This document shows positions 49,149 through 57,748 of a stretch of 64,000 bases of DNA, in pieces. Source of the DNA: a virus. Its lineage: Duplodnaviria; Caudoviricetes. The notes beneath the pieces are model-generated. The model did no database searches. It worked only from the letters and a program-made list of their open reading frames with translations, and was not told the origin of the DNA. The stretch is from IMG/VR virus record IMGVR_UViG_3300037067_005096, positions 32,001 to 96,000 of that record. One strand, written 5' to 3'. Each line of letters starts with the position of its first letter. Position 1 is the stretch's first letter. The position numbers were made by a program, and so were the translations under genes.

Positions 49149-49973
49149 CTATACCCAATCCACCGGCTTGCTCCTTTCTGGAATCTCTCCGGCCAATGTG
49201 TCGATGAATCTCCACACGTCAAAAGCCGGGTCTGGCATATCCTGACTCCAGGCTCCGTATGGATTATATTCGTTCTCTTGATGCCACTCTGGGGATGGCG
49301 TATGTTCTGCATTCTCACCCCCAATAGATTGCACACGGGGCAAGACCGGATATATGCTACCCTCCTTCAGGGCTGCATCCATTCCGTGGTAGAACCACCA
49401 GTCAAATCTACCGTTGACCTCTTCACCCCAACGCTCTGCATAAGCAGAACCGTCACCCATTTTCCGCTCATAGCGGTCTTTCCACATTGCCCAACCCCAG
49501 GGACAGAAACCTCCGCCCATGTGAACCTCGTAAGGTTGAGATTGAAGCACCTGGTTATGAGTTGCTATCTCTGTGTAGCGGTTATAACCACACACAGAGA
49601 TGATTCTTGGCTCTCTGGCGAATCGAACTGCAGCCCACTCAAAGTAACGAAGAGCATCCTTCGAGGGGATAGTGTCATCCTCCAGAAATATCATATAGTC
49701 CGTCATCTCATAGGCTTTAGGAATGATGAACAGCTTGTTTACATCTATCCCTAGCCTGGGATTGTTGATATGGACTTGTGTCTCACAGGCTTTGAACTCA
49801 CGAGACATACCGATGACTGTATCGCAGTCTGCTGCATACTGCTCATTGTAGTCACACGAAATGAGCAGCGTGTAGTCTTCGATGCCGTAGCATTGTGCCA
49901 GAGCCTCAAAGAACCGTTGCGAATACTTTGGTCTGCGATATTGTGTTGTCACCAAGACTTTTCGTAGGTTCAT
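49149..49973 (-). CDS. GT-A fold glycosyltransferase
   Basis: YRRPKY, IFLEDD, FCPWGWAMWKDRY, RVQSIG. Confidence 0.8.
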   Translation of the reverse strand: MNLRKVLVTTQYRRPKYSQRFFEALAQCYGIEDYTLLISCDYNEQYAADCDTVIGMSREFKACETQVHINNPRLGIDVNKLFIIPKAYEMTDYMIFLEDDTIPSKDALRYFEWAAVRFAREPRIISVCGYNRYTEIATHNQVLQSQPYEVHMGGGFCPWGWAMWKDRYERKMGDGSAYAERWGEEVNGRFDWWFYHGMDAALKEGSIYPVLPRVQSIGGENAEHTPSPEWHQENEYNPYGAWSQDMPDPAFDVWRFIDTLAGEIPERSKPVDWV

Positions 49974-50003
49974 CTAAATGCCTCCAAGACCATTATACCA
50001 CGA

Positions 50004-50555
50004 CTATGCCTGAAATAGGTGAATCAAATCCAAGCACAGTGAATGTCCGATTGCCAGGTGAACGTCCTCAATGAGTTGCATGGACTCCACGGGCACTGTC
50101 AGTGACAACGAAGCTACCTGAGCCAGCTTCCCGCCATCACGTCCACACAGACCTATGGTCAGGCAGCCCTGTCGATTGGCTTCCTCAACGGCTTTGATGA
50201 TATTCGGGGAATTGCCGCTGCCGCTGAATGCAATCAAGCCACTTCCCGGATACATCATAGTCTTCAACTGCTCAGAGAAGATAGATGGGTAATCTACATC
50301 ATTCCCCATCGCAGTTATAAGCGGCACATTATCAGACAAGCACCGCACTCGAATCCGTTTCCCAGTCCGTTCAGGAACCAGCTTAGCCAGGTCATTGACA
50401 ATATGACTGGCGTTAGCCGAACTCCCACCATTTCCGATGAGGAACAGTTCACCGAACCGGTTAGCTACCTCGAAAACGGCTTCAAGAATCTTGTTGTAGG
50501 CATCCATGTCAAGCTGTTCCAGAGCCGCAATCAAGTTCGTCCTATACGTCTTCAT
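50004..50555 (-). CDS. gmhA: sedoheptulose-7-phosphate isomerase
   Basis: GNGGS.ANASH, TAMGND..Y..IFSEQL, SGSGNSPN, EDVH. Confidence 0.88.
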   Translation of the reverse strand: MKTYRTNLIAALEQLDMDAYNKILEAVFEVANRFGELFLIGNGGSSANASHIVNDLAKLVPERTGKRIRVRCLSDNVPLITAMGNDVDYPSIFSEQLKTMMYPGSGLIAFSGSGNSPNIIKAVEEANRQGCLTIGLCGRDGGKLAQVASLSLTVPVESMQLIEDVHLAIGHSLCLDLIHLFQA

Positions 50556-51099
50556 CGTGCTCCACCTCGATTTCTTTCCCGCCTTGAACCATCACAAGTC
50601 CAGGAGCTTTCTGGATGAGTCCACTACCCTTACCCCGTCGTTTTTTCTTGGCCTTGTCGATGTCTCTCTGCGCCTTCAATCGAGCAGCATCCTGTGTAAA
50701 GCAGTAAGTCAACTGCTTAGCATAGTACATCTCGATTGGCTGTCCCTTAGCCAGCATATCAGTTATCTGCCTGATAACCTCCCTGGTAGCAGCACTTTGA
50801 TGCTCCTTCAGAACGTCCTGTGTGACTGCCATCAGACTCTTGACATCAGACACATTGGCAAACGTTCGCCGGTCTAGCCCCAACTCGCGCAGCTTTGCTT
50901 TGGCCTGCGCTACTTGGTCAGGTGTGAAGAAGTTCCAATCTCGTGCTTCTGTCACCACCTTCTTTCGACGGCAAATATCACACGAACTGTTGTACAGCTT
51001 CGTTCCGTGATATTGGGCATCTACCTTGCCTGCCAGGTAAGCACACTCCATGCAAACGAATACTACCCGGTTATGCCCTTTCGCACTATGTTTACCCAT
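50542..51099 (-). CDS. hypothetical protein with a CxxC..CDxC..TExRDW zinc-finger-like domain
   Basis: Motif shared with 57745..58134. Confidence 0.55.
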   Translation of the reverse strand: MGKHSAKGHNRVVFVCMECAYLAGKVDAQYHGTKLYNSSCDICRRKKVVTEARDWNFFTPDQVAQAKAKLRELGLDRRTFANVSDVKSLMAVTQDVLKEHQSAATREVIRQITDMLAKGQPIEMYYAKQLTYCFTQDAARLKAQRDIDKAKKKRRGKGSGLIQKAPGLVMVQGGKEIEVEHDEDV

Positions 51100-51787
51100 C
51101 AGACGAGCCTCCTAAGTTTCTAAGGGCTTCTCGAATATCCAGACCATCTATCTCAAAGCCCAGTTTCAACCATCCCCGTGTCTTTGGCGGGCGAGCGAAC
51201 AATTCTAATCCCGGTATGTCACCGAACGCCTGGTTGATTCTGTTACGCACCTCTTCAGGCTTCGCAGAATGCTCAGTGACAGGTGCAAACACGACCTGTT
51301 TGACATCCTTTGCATATCGTTTTGGACGGCCCCTCTTTCCCAGCAGAACAAGTTCTACGTTACCATTTGTCCAGTAACCCTGCCCCGACCGCACTCCACC
51401 TTTGAGAATGATGTCCTTGATGCCAAGAGTTCCGACAAAACCTTCTTCAGGAACAGCCACAGCCCGGCTCACATTCATCTTGGTATCCGGTTTCCATAGC
51501 TCTCCTGTCGGATTGAGTTTCACCCAAACAAAAGGCACACACGTGTATTTGAACCCCCATGCAGCCATTACCTGCATTGCTTCCGGTAGTTTTGGAAGTG
51601 TAGCCCACAACAATAGCGAGCAGTCTTTTGCAATTACCCGGTCTATCAAAGGCCGTAATGCACATAGCTCTCGCACACAAAGCTGTGGGTATGGAGTTCC
51701 ACCACGAGCAGAATCATAGTTCTGTGGGTTATCATACTCCCAGGGTGGGTCGGCATATAGAATTGGAAAACCGCCATTGAGACGCAT
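51092..51787 (-). CDS. MT-A70-family adenine methyltransferase
   Basis: ILYADPPW, LLWAT, FVWVK, EHSAKPEE, LELFAR. Confidence 0.9.
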   Translation of the reverse strand: MRLNGGFPILYADPPWEYDNPQNYDSARGGTPYPQLCVRELCALRPLIDRVIAKDCSLLLWATLPKLPEAMQVMAAWGFKYTCVPFVWVKLNPTGELWKPDTKMNVSRAVAVPEEGFVGTLGIKDIILKGGVRSGQGYWTNGNVELVLLGKRGRPKRYAKDVKQVVFAPVTEHSAKPEEVRNRINQAFGDIPGLELFARPPKTRGWLKLGFEIDGLDIREALRNLGGSSDG

Positions 51788-51789
51788 GT

Positions 51790-52059
51790 CTACTTCGCTC
51801 GCATTCTCTGGTTCACTTCTTCCAGCGTAGGCTGAGGTATCGGAATCGGCCAACGCTTCTCGATGTTTTCACCAGCAAAAGACGCCCAGAAACCTACCCA
51901 GGCAAGACCCTGGTAAAACACAGACACCCAGTTTATCTGGATGGGCTGTGTTGGATTGAGCGTTTTCATCCGATAGAACTGTCTGCCGGTCAGATACCCA
52001 GCGTAAATCCAGGTCACCAGCATCCCGATAAGATACACAATCACTGCTACGATAGTCAC
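51790..52059 (-). CDS. small membrane protein
   Basis: Two hydrophobic segments. Confidence 0.5.
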   Translation of the reverse strand: MTIVAVIVYLIGMLVTWIYAGYLTGRQFYRMKTLNPTQPIQINWVSVFYQGLAWVGFWASFAGENIEKRWPIPIPQPTLEEVNQRMRAK

Positions 52060-52676
52060 TTCAATTCCTCCTTATTGTAGTACTTTTTGAAGTCACTGAC
52101 CATGTGACGAAACACCTGCTCTCCGGCTCTGGCATCAACGAGAGCAGTATGTTCCTTGCCCTCAAAGTCGAGACCATACCAGCGCATAATGTCGTTCATT
52201 CCACAGCCAGTAGCCGATACAATTCCAAGCCCGGACAAGACCCGGAACATGTTCTTCGTGCAAATCCACTCACACCGCTTATGTGCAGGTAGCACTTTAC
52301 CATCTCCAGCCCGATTTGCAAGAGCGGAGAGGAATCCATAGTCGAACTGTGCGTACTGCGCAATGATGTGTCCCTGCCAATTTCCACCAAGATGAGTGTC
52401 CAGGAACATTCTGAACATAGCCCACACTCGCGCCTCTTCTGTGCCATACTCTTGCAAGTATTGCAGAGTCCGGTCTTGAAGCTGCAAGGCATACGGTGTG
52501 TACGCCATGTTAGGATTCGGCTGAATGAGCACCTGAAACTCTTCTTTTCGATACAGAGCACGCTCAAGAAATGGCTGTGTCGGGTCGAAATCAAACGCCA
52601 CAGCCGCAATCTCTGTGATGCCATGCACTTGAGGGTCAAGACCCCCGGTCTCTGTGTCTACAAACACATACTTCAT
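52056..52676 (-). CDS. DEDDh 3'-5' exonuclease
   Basis: VDTETGGL, AQFD, HTALVDA. Confidence 0.85.
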   Translation of the reverse strand: MKYVFVDTETGGLDPQVHGITEIAAVAFDFDPTQPFLERALYRKEEFQVLIQPNPNMAYTPYALQLQDRTLQYLQEYGTEEARVWAMFRMFLDTHLGGNWQGHIIAQYAQFDYGFLSALANRAGDGKVLPAHKRCEWICTKNMFRVLSGLGIVSATGCGMNDIMRWYGLDFEGKEHTALVDARAGEQVFRHMVSDFKKYYNKEELK

Positions 52677-53404
52677 TGCTGCTCCTTTACATACCGCCAT
52701 CGAACTACTCTGTCTGTTTTGCCGTTGACTATACGGTATAACCCCAAGTCTCTTGCTACGGCTTTACTGACATCGAACTGCCAACGTCCATGTCGATGTA
52801 ATGGTAGTCCTCCACGGTCAGATAGAGTACACGTGCTTCGACCATTCTTTCCATACCGTATCTCTACACGGTCTCCAAGAGACCCACATCGACAAGCTAT
52901 CACACGGTCACTATGGTGGAACACCTTACCATTCGCCATAGTGCGCCCTTCAAACTTGTTCGCATACGTCGTGACTACAGCCGTATTCCAACCCGACTCT
53001 ACTACTGGGGCAGGAGCTTTCTTAGGCTGTTCAACCACTGCTGGCTTGATGACCTCTTTAGGTTGCTCAACCGGGACTTTAGTGATAACAGATGCTTTCT
53101 TCTTCACTGGTTCTTCTGCTCTAAGCCCTTGATGATTCACTGCAACCAGACCAAACAGATATAAGCTCAGATAAGCCCAAAATGCCAGTTTCACGTAGTG
53201 CTGCTTATGACTGGTGTTAGCCAGATATATAAGTAGTCCTATTGGAACCACCTTCACAGCAATGAACAACCATACTGACTGGCTCAAAACCCACCCCATT
53301 ATGGGGTTTGCTTCTGCTGCTCCCCAACAGTATACCGACAACAGTGTAAGTGCCGTATCAAACAGCACTAGGAATCCGAGTAGCCAATTGTACCAATAAC
53401 GCAT
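52673..53404 (-). CDS. membrane DUF5658-like domain fused to an RlpA-like double-psi beta-barrel
   Basis: D..LT...EANPIM..FIAVK; GRTMANG..F..IAC..LG..V..DRGG..DVSKAVA..LG. Confidence 0.7.
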   Translation of the reverse strand: MRYWYNWLLGFLVLFDTALTLLSVYCWGAAEANPIMGWVLSQSVWLFIAVKVVPIGLLIYLANTSHKQHYVKLAFWAYLSLYLFGLVAVNHQGLRAEEPVKKKASVITKVPVEQPKEVIKPAVVEQPKKAPAPVVESGWNTAVVTTYANKFEGRTMANGKVFHHSDRVIACRCGSLGDRVEIRYGKNGRSTCTLSDRGGLPLHRHGRWQFDVSKAVARDLGLYRIVNGKTDRVVRWRYVKEQQ

Positions 53405-53409
53405 AACAT

Positions 53410-54411
53410 CTATGTCCTCTCTGGCGGTAAGCCGTATTCATGCAATGTTGACTTGCAGATACTCGTGCCGTGTTGACTTACCACTTCGGAGGCACACATA
53501 GCCGCAACGCCCAAAACCTCTTTATCACAACGCCCATAAGTAGCGATAGTAGCTACAACCGTGTCACCGGCTCCGGCCACATCTGCGACCTTGACCGGAA
53601 CTGCTTCCTGTCTCCAGGGGCCATCAGCTTTCCATAGCTCCATACCCTGGTCACCACATGTAATGAGAATGTCAGGGCCGGTTTCTAATGGGGTCTTGCC
53701 GTAGTCTCTGAATAGAGGTTGATGCATGAAGTTATAGAGCATACCGGCAAGGCTCGCTACATCTGTGCCGTTCCAACTTTGGTTCCCGAACTGAGTCCAG
53801 GCAGCCGCAGCTTCCGACAGATTGTAGATGAGCAAATCCGCCCCCCTATAACAGGGGAGCTTATCCGGTTTGCCGTTGACAATAGTATACTTGCCCCGTG
53901 TCCGAAACTGCTTCAGTGCATATTCAATCAGTTCCGGTGTGCAAGTTCCTTTTCCATAGTCACTGATGACCAGGGTATCCGCTCGTTCACAAGCGACATC
54001 TAATGAATCTCGTAGATGCACCTGTGCCGTATGGGATAGCTTAGCATGTTGGTCAAGTCTGCCTTCTGTATCAAGTCTGAGCATCTGCCGACCAAGCCCG
54101 TCCACAAATCGACGTTTCTCAATGGTCACCCAGTAGCCAGCTTCGACCATTAACTTGTGTCCGATAGAGTGGGTGTTGAGGCATTCGATGAGAGTACAGC
54201 CAACATTGTCTCCGCTCAGCACCCCGATGAGTTCGACATCTAGGCCAAACCCACACTTAATGTTAGCGGCTACATTTGCGGCTCCTCCGGGAGAATAGGT
54301 TTCTTTCTCTCGTGTGCAAATGAGCACAGGAGCTTCTGAGGATATTTTGGTCGGAGAGCAGTGAACCCAAGTATCGAGCATCACATCTCCGAACACACAG
54401 ACAGTTTTCAT
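53410..54411 (-). CDS. HldE/RfaE domain-I heptose-7-P kinase (HldA-like, PfkB family)
   Basis: GDVMLD, ISSEAPV, PGGAANVA, LRLD, ISDYGKG, DVAGAGDT. Confidence 0.88.
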   Translation of the reverse strand: MKTVCVFGDVMLDTWVHCSPTKISSEAPVLICTREKETYSPGGAANVAANIKCGFGLDVELIGVLSGDNVGCTLIECLNTHSIGHKLMVEAGYWVTIEKRRFVDGLGRQMLRLDTEGRLDQHAKLSHTAQVHLRDSLDVACERADTLVISDYGKGTCTPELIEYALKQFRTRGKYTIVNGKPDKLPCYRGADLLIYNLSEAAAAWTQFGNQSWNGTDVASLAGMLYNFMHQPLFRDYGKTPLETGPDILITCGDQGMELWKADGPWRQEAVPVKVADVAGAGDTVVATIATYGRCDKEVLGVAAMCASEVVSQHGTSICKSTLHEYGLPPERT

Positions 54412-54429
54412 CGTTGCCTCCACACAGAC

Positions 54430-54476
54430 ATTGTAACACATCGAATCAGTAAAGGCAACCTGGTAATTCTACTGGT
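54430..54476 (-). promoter_or_regulatory. palindrome plus promoter of the heptose-kinase operon
   Basis: ACCAGTA-GAAT-TACCAGG-TTGCCT-N17-TACAAT. Confidence 0.75.
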
Positions 54477-55182
54477 TTTTGTCGAGCACAACAAGTAGAG
54501 AGGTCATAGGTCTGGCCGGTCGAAGCATAACACGCCCATCAGCATAGATGCCAGTTGAACTCCCACCATCCAGAATAGCGGCATCAGTACAGTCCAGCTT
54601 CTCCATCACATCTTCCATCTTTCCCAAACAGATAGGCACATCAGTAGCAACCAAAACCAGCTTACCATGCTCAGTAATTCCGATAGCTGTGCGACTGGCA
54701 GTCTTGGCAATGTGCTTGAATCCTTCAGGATTGATAAGTTCCTTGCCATCACGTATCAGAGTAGGGCCAAGCTGCATCCCAAGCTGAAGAGTAGACTTAG
54801 GTGTCTTCTTATATTCTTCTTGGGATATGATACGGAGTGTTTTGGAACCTTTGGGGATGATAAGAGCCGGGCCTATGCAACCATCATAGACTACCTTACC
54901 ATCTATTACAATGTCTCCGACCGGTTTATAGGTCTTGGTATCGTAGAAGTCGCCTGAAATAGCAGCAAGAGGCCGAATGCGTTCCACCATTGAATCAAAC
55001 TTCTCACCATGTCCGACACCACCCTTAGCCAGACATACGGTGACCAAAAGAGAATTGCTGGCGGGATTGACCATAACGTGGTGAATCGGCACGCCAGCAA
55101 ATGTCCCATGTATGTACTGAATCGGGCTAGATGCACTCATTGCCATAACTAAGAGTAGGCAGAGCGGCTTCATAGTGACCAC
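54469..55182 (-). CDS. phosphodiester glycosidase (NAGPA/DUF2233) with signal peptide
   Basis: AAISGDFY, GPTLI..G, RTAIG, AAILDGGSST. Confidence 0.85.
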   Translation of the reverse strand: MVTMKPLCLLLVMAMSASSPIQYIHGTFAGVPIHHVMVNPASNSLLVTVCLAKGGVGHGEKFDSMVERIRPLAAISGDFYDTKTYKPVGDIVIDGKVVYDGCIGPALIIPKGSKTLRIISQEEYKKTPKSTLQLGMQLGPTLIRDGKELINPEGFKHIAKTASRTAIGITEHGKLVLVATDVPICLGKMEDVMEKLDCTDAAILDGGSSTGIYADGRVMLRPARPMTSLLVVLDKNQ

Positions 55183-55243
55183 TCTCCTGAATGGGATTTG
55201 GTACTCTTATTATAGCACCGACCAGATATGCTTTCGCCAGTCT

Positions 55244-55651
55244 CTACGAGAACCAGAGAGGTATTTCTAGTCGAGTTGCTTCAAGCGAGTCAGACCCATG
55301 TACCAGGTTGCACGGTAAGTCACCACCGAAGTCTCCACGGATAGTCCCCGGAGCAGCATCCGCAGGGCTAGTCGCCCCAATGATTTCCCTGACCCTGGCA
55401 ATTGCGTTCTCACCTTCGATTATTACAGCAATCACCAATCCAGAGTGAAGAAACTCTACGTTTCTCCCAAAGAACGGCTTCTCCACGTGCTCTCGATAGT
55501 GAAGTTCACACAGAAACCTGGATGGATACTTAACACTTCTCATCCGTGCCACTTTGAGACCGGCTCTCTCGAAGTAGGTCAGAATTGCTCCTACAGCGTT
55601 TCGCTTTGTAGCATCAGGTTTGAGAAGCACAAGTGTTCGTTCATCACACAC
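55244..55651 (-). CDS. ndk: nucleoside diphosphate kinase
   Basis: ERTLVLLKPDA, HY.EH..KPFF, PGTIRGDF, NLVHGSDS. Confidence 0.95.
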   Translation of the reverse strand: MCDERTLVLLKPDATKRNAVGAILTYFERAGLKVARMRSVKYPSRFLCELHYREHVEKPFFGRNVEFLHSGLVIAVIIEGENAIARVREIIGATSPADAAPGTIRGDFGGDLPCNLVHGSDSLEATRLEIPLWFS

Positions 55652-55663
55652 AGTATCGCCCTC

Positions 55664-55780
55664 CTAGTCGGTGTAGCCTAGCTCATCGCCGCAATCCTGG
55701 CAAAGAGGCTCGCCACAATCGTTGGTGATGCTGCCATCACACGGTTCGCCACATTCAACACAGTATACCTCTTCTTCCAT
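55664..55780 (-). CDS. 38-aa Cys-rich microprotein (not in ORF track)
   Basis: GGAGGTG RBS; MEEEVYCVECGEPCDGSITNDCGEPLCQDCGDELGYTD. Confidence 0.6.
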   Translation of the reverse strand: MEEEVYCVECGEPCDGSITNDCGEPLCQDCGDELGYTD

Positions 55781-55804
55781 CGGTATATCACCTCCTCTGC
55801 TATG

Positions 55805-55878
55805 TGGTGCGTCGAGGGAGAATCGAACTCCCATTTACTGGTTAAAAGCCAGCTACTCTGCCGTTGAGTTATCGACGC
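55805..55878 (-). tRNA. tRNA-Lys(UUU)
   Basis: Cloverleaf, loop CT TTT AA, CCA. Confidence 0.9.
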
Positions 55879-55883
55879 TAACT

Positions 55884-55960
55884 TGGAGCCGCATAAGAGA
55901 CTTGAACTCTTCCCTCGACGTTGGAAGCGTCACGTGCTCAGCCATTAACACCAATGCGGC
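55884..55960 (-). tRNA. tRNA-Gly(UCC)
   Basis: Loop CT TCC AA, U73, CCA. Confidence 0.88.
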
Positions 55961-55965
55961 AAATA

Positions 55966-56041
55966 TGGAGCCGGTAGCAGGCATCGAACCCGCGACAAGA
56001 GGTTTACAAAACCCCTGCTCTACCATCTGAGCTATACCGGC
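55966..56041 (-). tRNA. tRNA-Thr(UGU)
   Basis: Loop TT TGT AA, CCA. Confidence 0.9.
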
Positions 56042-56045
56042 ATAT

Positions 56046-56133
56046 TGGCGGAAGATACAGGAATCGAACCTGTGCAGCCAAAAGGCCGACTTCGGTTTAG
56101 CAAACCGGTACATTACCGCTCTGTCAATCTTCC
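56046..56133 (-). tRNA. tRNA-Ser(GCU)
   Basis: Long variable arm, loop TT GCT AA, G73. Confidence 0.9.
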
Positions 56134-56227
56134 TGGCGGAGCGTGAAGGACTCGAACCCTCACCACGGGGTTCTCCCGTGCTCACGGTTTTCAAGACCGG
56201 GGCAATATCCAGTTCTGCCAACGCTCC
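56134..56227 (-). tRNA. tRNA-Ser(UGA)
   Basis: Long variable arm, loop CT TGA AA. Confidence 0.9.
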
Positions 56228-56231
56228 ATAC

Positions 56232-56306
56232 TGGTGGAAGCGGAGAGAGTCGAACTCTCAACCTTAACCTTGCAAAGGTTCTGCTCTCCCATTGAGCTAC
56301 GCCCCC
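56232..56306 (-). tRNA. tRNA-Ala(UGC)
   Basis: G3:U70 pair, loop TT TGC AA. Confidence 0.9.
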
Positions 56307-56695
56307 TTACGTTTACGAGAATCATGATGTGTTTTCTTACAACATGGTTGCAATCCATTCCACTTACTTTTATTCTTCCAGAACTCACTTATTGGATGAA
56401 ATGTTTGACAACCACAACACCATGCCGTTCCTTCAACTCCGACTTTTCTACGAGACTCTGCCAGTTTTTGCTTAGTAGCATCAGACCGCTTACTTCCCAA
56501 TACGTGCATTCGAGAATGCCCGCTTCGCAATCGTACTTCCAAATTTTCTGGCCGATTGTCTCGTTTGTTCTCGTTGATATGATGTACAAGCTCATAGGAT
56601 TTTAGGCGTCTCCCTAAAATACCCTCCATTACAAGACGATGCTCGTCTCGTGTTGTTCCATCTGGCAGTTTTATACGCTTATATGGGTATGCCAT
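56297..56695 (-). CDS. HNH homing endonuclease inside the tRNA array
   Basis: EHRLVME...VHHINENKRDNRPENL; NUMOD3-like KRSDATKQKLAES. Confidence 0.88.
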   Translation of the reverse strand: MAYPYKRIKLPDGTTRDEHRLVMEGILGRRLKSYELVHHINENKRDNRPENLEVRLRSGHSRMHVLGSKRSDATKQKLAESRRKVGVEGTAWCCGCQTFHPISEFWKNKSKWNGLQPCCKKTHHDSRKRKGA

Positions 56696-56705
56696 AGTAA
56701 TTATC

Positions 56706-56796
56706 TGGTGCGTAGGGGTAGATTTGAACTACCGATGTTTTCCACAAGGGTACGAGTTTTACAGACTCGCTGCATCAACCACTCGCTCACCTACGC
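56706..56796 (-). tRNA. tRNA-Tyr(GUA)
   Basis: Long variable arm, loop CT GTA AA. Confidence 0.88.
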
Positions 56797-56800
56797 ATAT

Positions 56801-56875
56801 TGGTGGACTCGCTTCGAGTTGCACGAAGGACACCACGGGCTTCAACCGTGTGCTCTACTACTGAGCTACGAGTCC
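56801..56875 (-). tRNA. tRNA-Phe(GAA), atypical T-loop
   Basis: Loop TT GAA GC; T-loop TGCAACT. Confidence 0.85.
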
Positions 56876-56949
56876 GTGGACTCGCCTGGACTCGAACCAG
56901 GAGCCAATCGGTTATGAGCCGACCGCTCTACCAATTGAGCTACAAGTCC
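56876..56949 (-). tRNA. tRNA with CAU anticodon (Ile2 or elongator Met), CCA incomplete
   Basis: Loop CT CAT AA; ends ...CCAC, running directly into tRNA-Phe. Confidence 0.85.
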
Positions 56950-56955
56950 AAAAAC

Positions 56956-57031
56956 TGGTGCAGGCGGAGGGAGTTGCACTCTCACTGACATGCTTCTAAG
57001 GCATGTGCCTCTGCTATTGGGCTACGCCTGC
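56956..57031 (-). tRNA. tRNA-Leu(UAG), short variable loop
   Basis: Loop CT TAG AA; T-loop TGCAACT. Confidence 0.82.
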
Positions 57032-57040
57032 ATATTATAC

Positions 57041-57116
57041 TGGCTCTGGTGGGAGGACTCGAACCTCCAACCATCCGGTTAACAGCCGGACGCTCCGCCA
57101 GTTGAGCTACACCAGA
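57041..57116 (-). tRNA. tRNA-Asn(GUU)
   Basis: Loop CT GTT AA, G73. Confidence 0.92.
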
Positions 57117-57120
57117 ATAA

Positions 57121-57196
57121 TGGTGCGGGAAGCAGGACTCGAACCTGCACATCACGAGGCTTAAACCCGTTGCCTTTGCCATTTAGCCATTCCCGC
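57121..57196 (-). tRNA. tRNA-Leu(UAA), short variable loop
   Basis: Loop TT TAA GC. Confidence 0.82.
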
Positions 57197-57198
57197 AT

Positions 57199-57274
57199 TG
57201 GTGGAGACGGAAGGAGTTGCACCTTCACTGAACGGGTTTTGAAGCCGCTGACTCTGCTATTGGCCTACGTCTCC
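57199..57274 (-). tRNA. tRNA-Leu(CAA), short variable loop
   Basis: Same register as Leu(UAG); loop TT CAA AA with a C:C mismatch at the top of the stem; T-loop TGCAACT. Confidence 0.75.
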
Positions 57275-57279
57275 ATAGG

Positions 57280-57356
57280 TGGGGCGAATGGCGGGAATCG
57301 AACCCGCGACCCCTGGGGCCACAACCCAGTGCTCTATCCGCTGAGCTACACACGCC
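57280..57356 (-). tRNA. tRNA-His(GUG)
   Basis: G-1, C73, loop TT GTG GC. Confidence 0.85.
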
Positions 57357-57379
57357 ACGACATTCGCCCACATTGAAAC

Positions 57380-57457
57380 TGGTAGCCCGGACGAGGCTCG
57401 AACTCGCAATCCTCCAGCCTTGAAAGGGCGGTGTTCTACCAACTGAACTACCGGGCC
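57380..57457 (-). tRNA. tRNA-Glu(UUC)
   Basis: Loop CT TTC AA; extra U bulge in the anticodon stem. Confidence 0.82.
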
Positions 57458-57523
57458 GCGAATGCCGGGAACAGCTAATAGTAGAAGTGAGAAAGACCTA
57501 TCAACTGTTCCCGGCTCTACCGG

Positions 57524-57748
57524 TTAGCTCTTGTTGTTGACGCTGACGCCTCCCCTTATTATACCACCAACCACGATGAGAAGCCAGTATCCAGCATAAG
57601 CTACCCAGTACGTGAGTTCCTTCCCACCAAAGTAGGGAATCACCACGTTCCACAGATACATGAGGATATATGCGGCGATGAAGCTCAAAATACCTGCTAC
57701 CACCGCGACCGCAATTATCGCTCCAAGAACTGCTGCGAGTGTTCTCAT
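57524..57748 (-). CDS. small membrane protein
   Basis: Hydrophobic; LWNVVIP..G.ELTYW. Confidence 0.6.
   Translation of the reverse strand: MRTLAAVLGAIIAVAVVAGILSFIAAYILMYLWNVVIPYFGGKELTYWVAYAGYWLLIVVGGIIRGGVSVNNKS

Noticed and set aside
57199-57274. Possible UCA (Sec/opal suppressor) anticodon in CTTCAAA
   Set aside because: Alignment with the sister Leu(UAG) tRNA puts CAA at positions 34-36; there is no Sec-type long arm.
55722-57442. ORF-track ORFs over the tRNA array (other than the HNH)
   Set aside because: They are spurious translations of tRNA genes.
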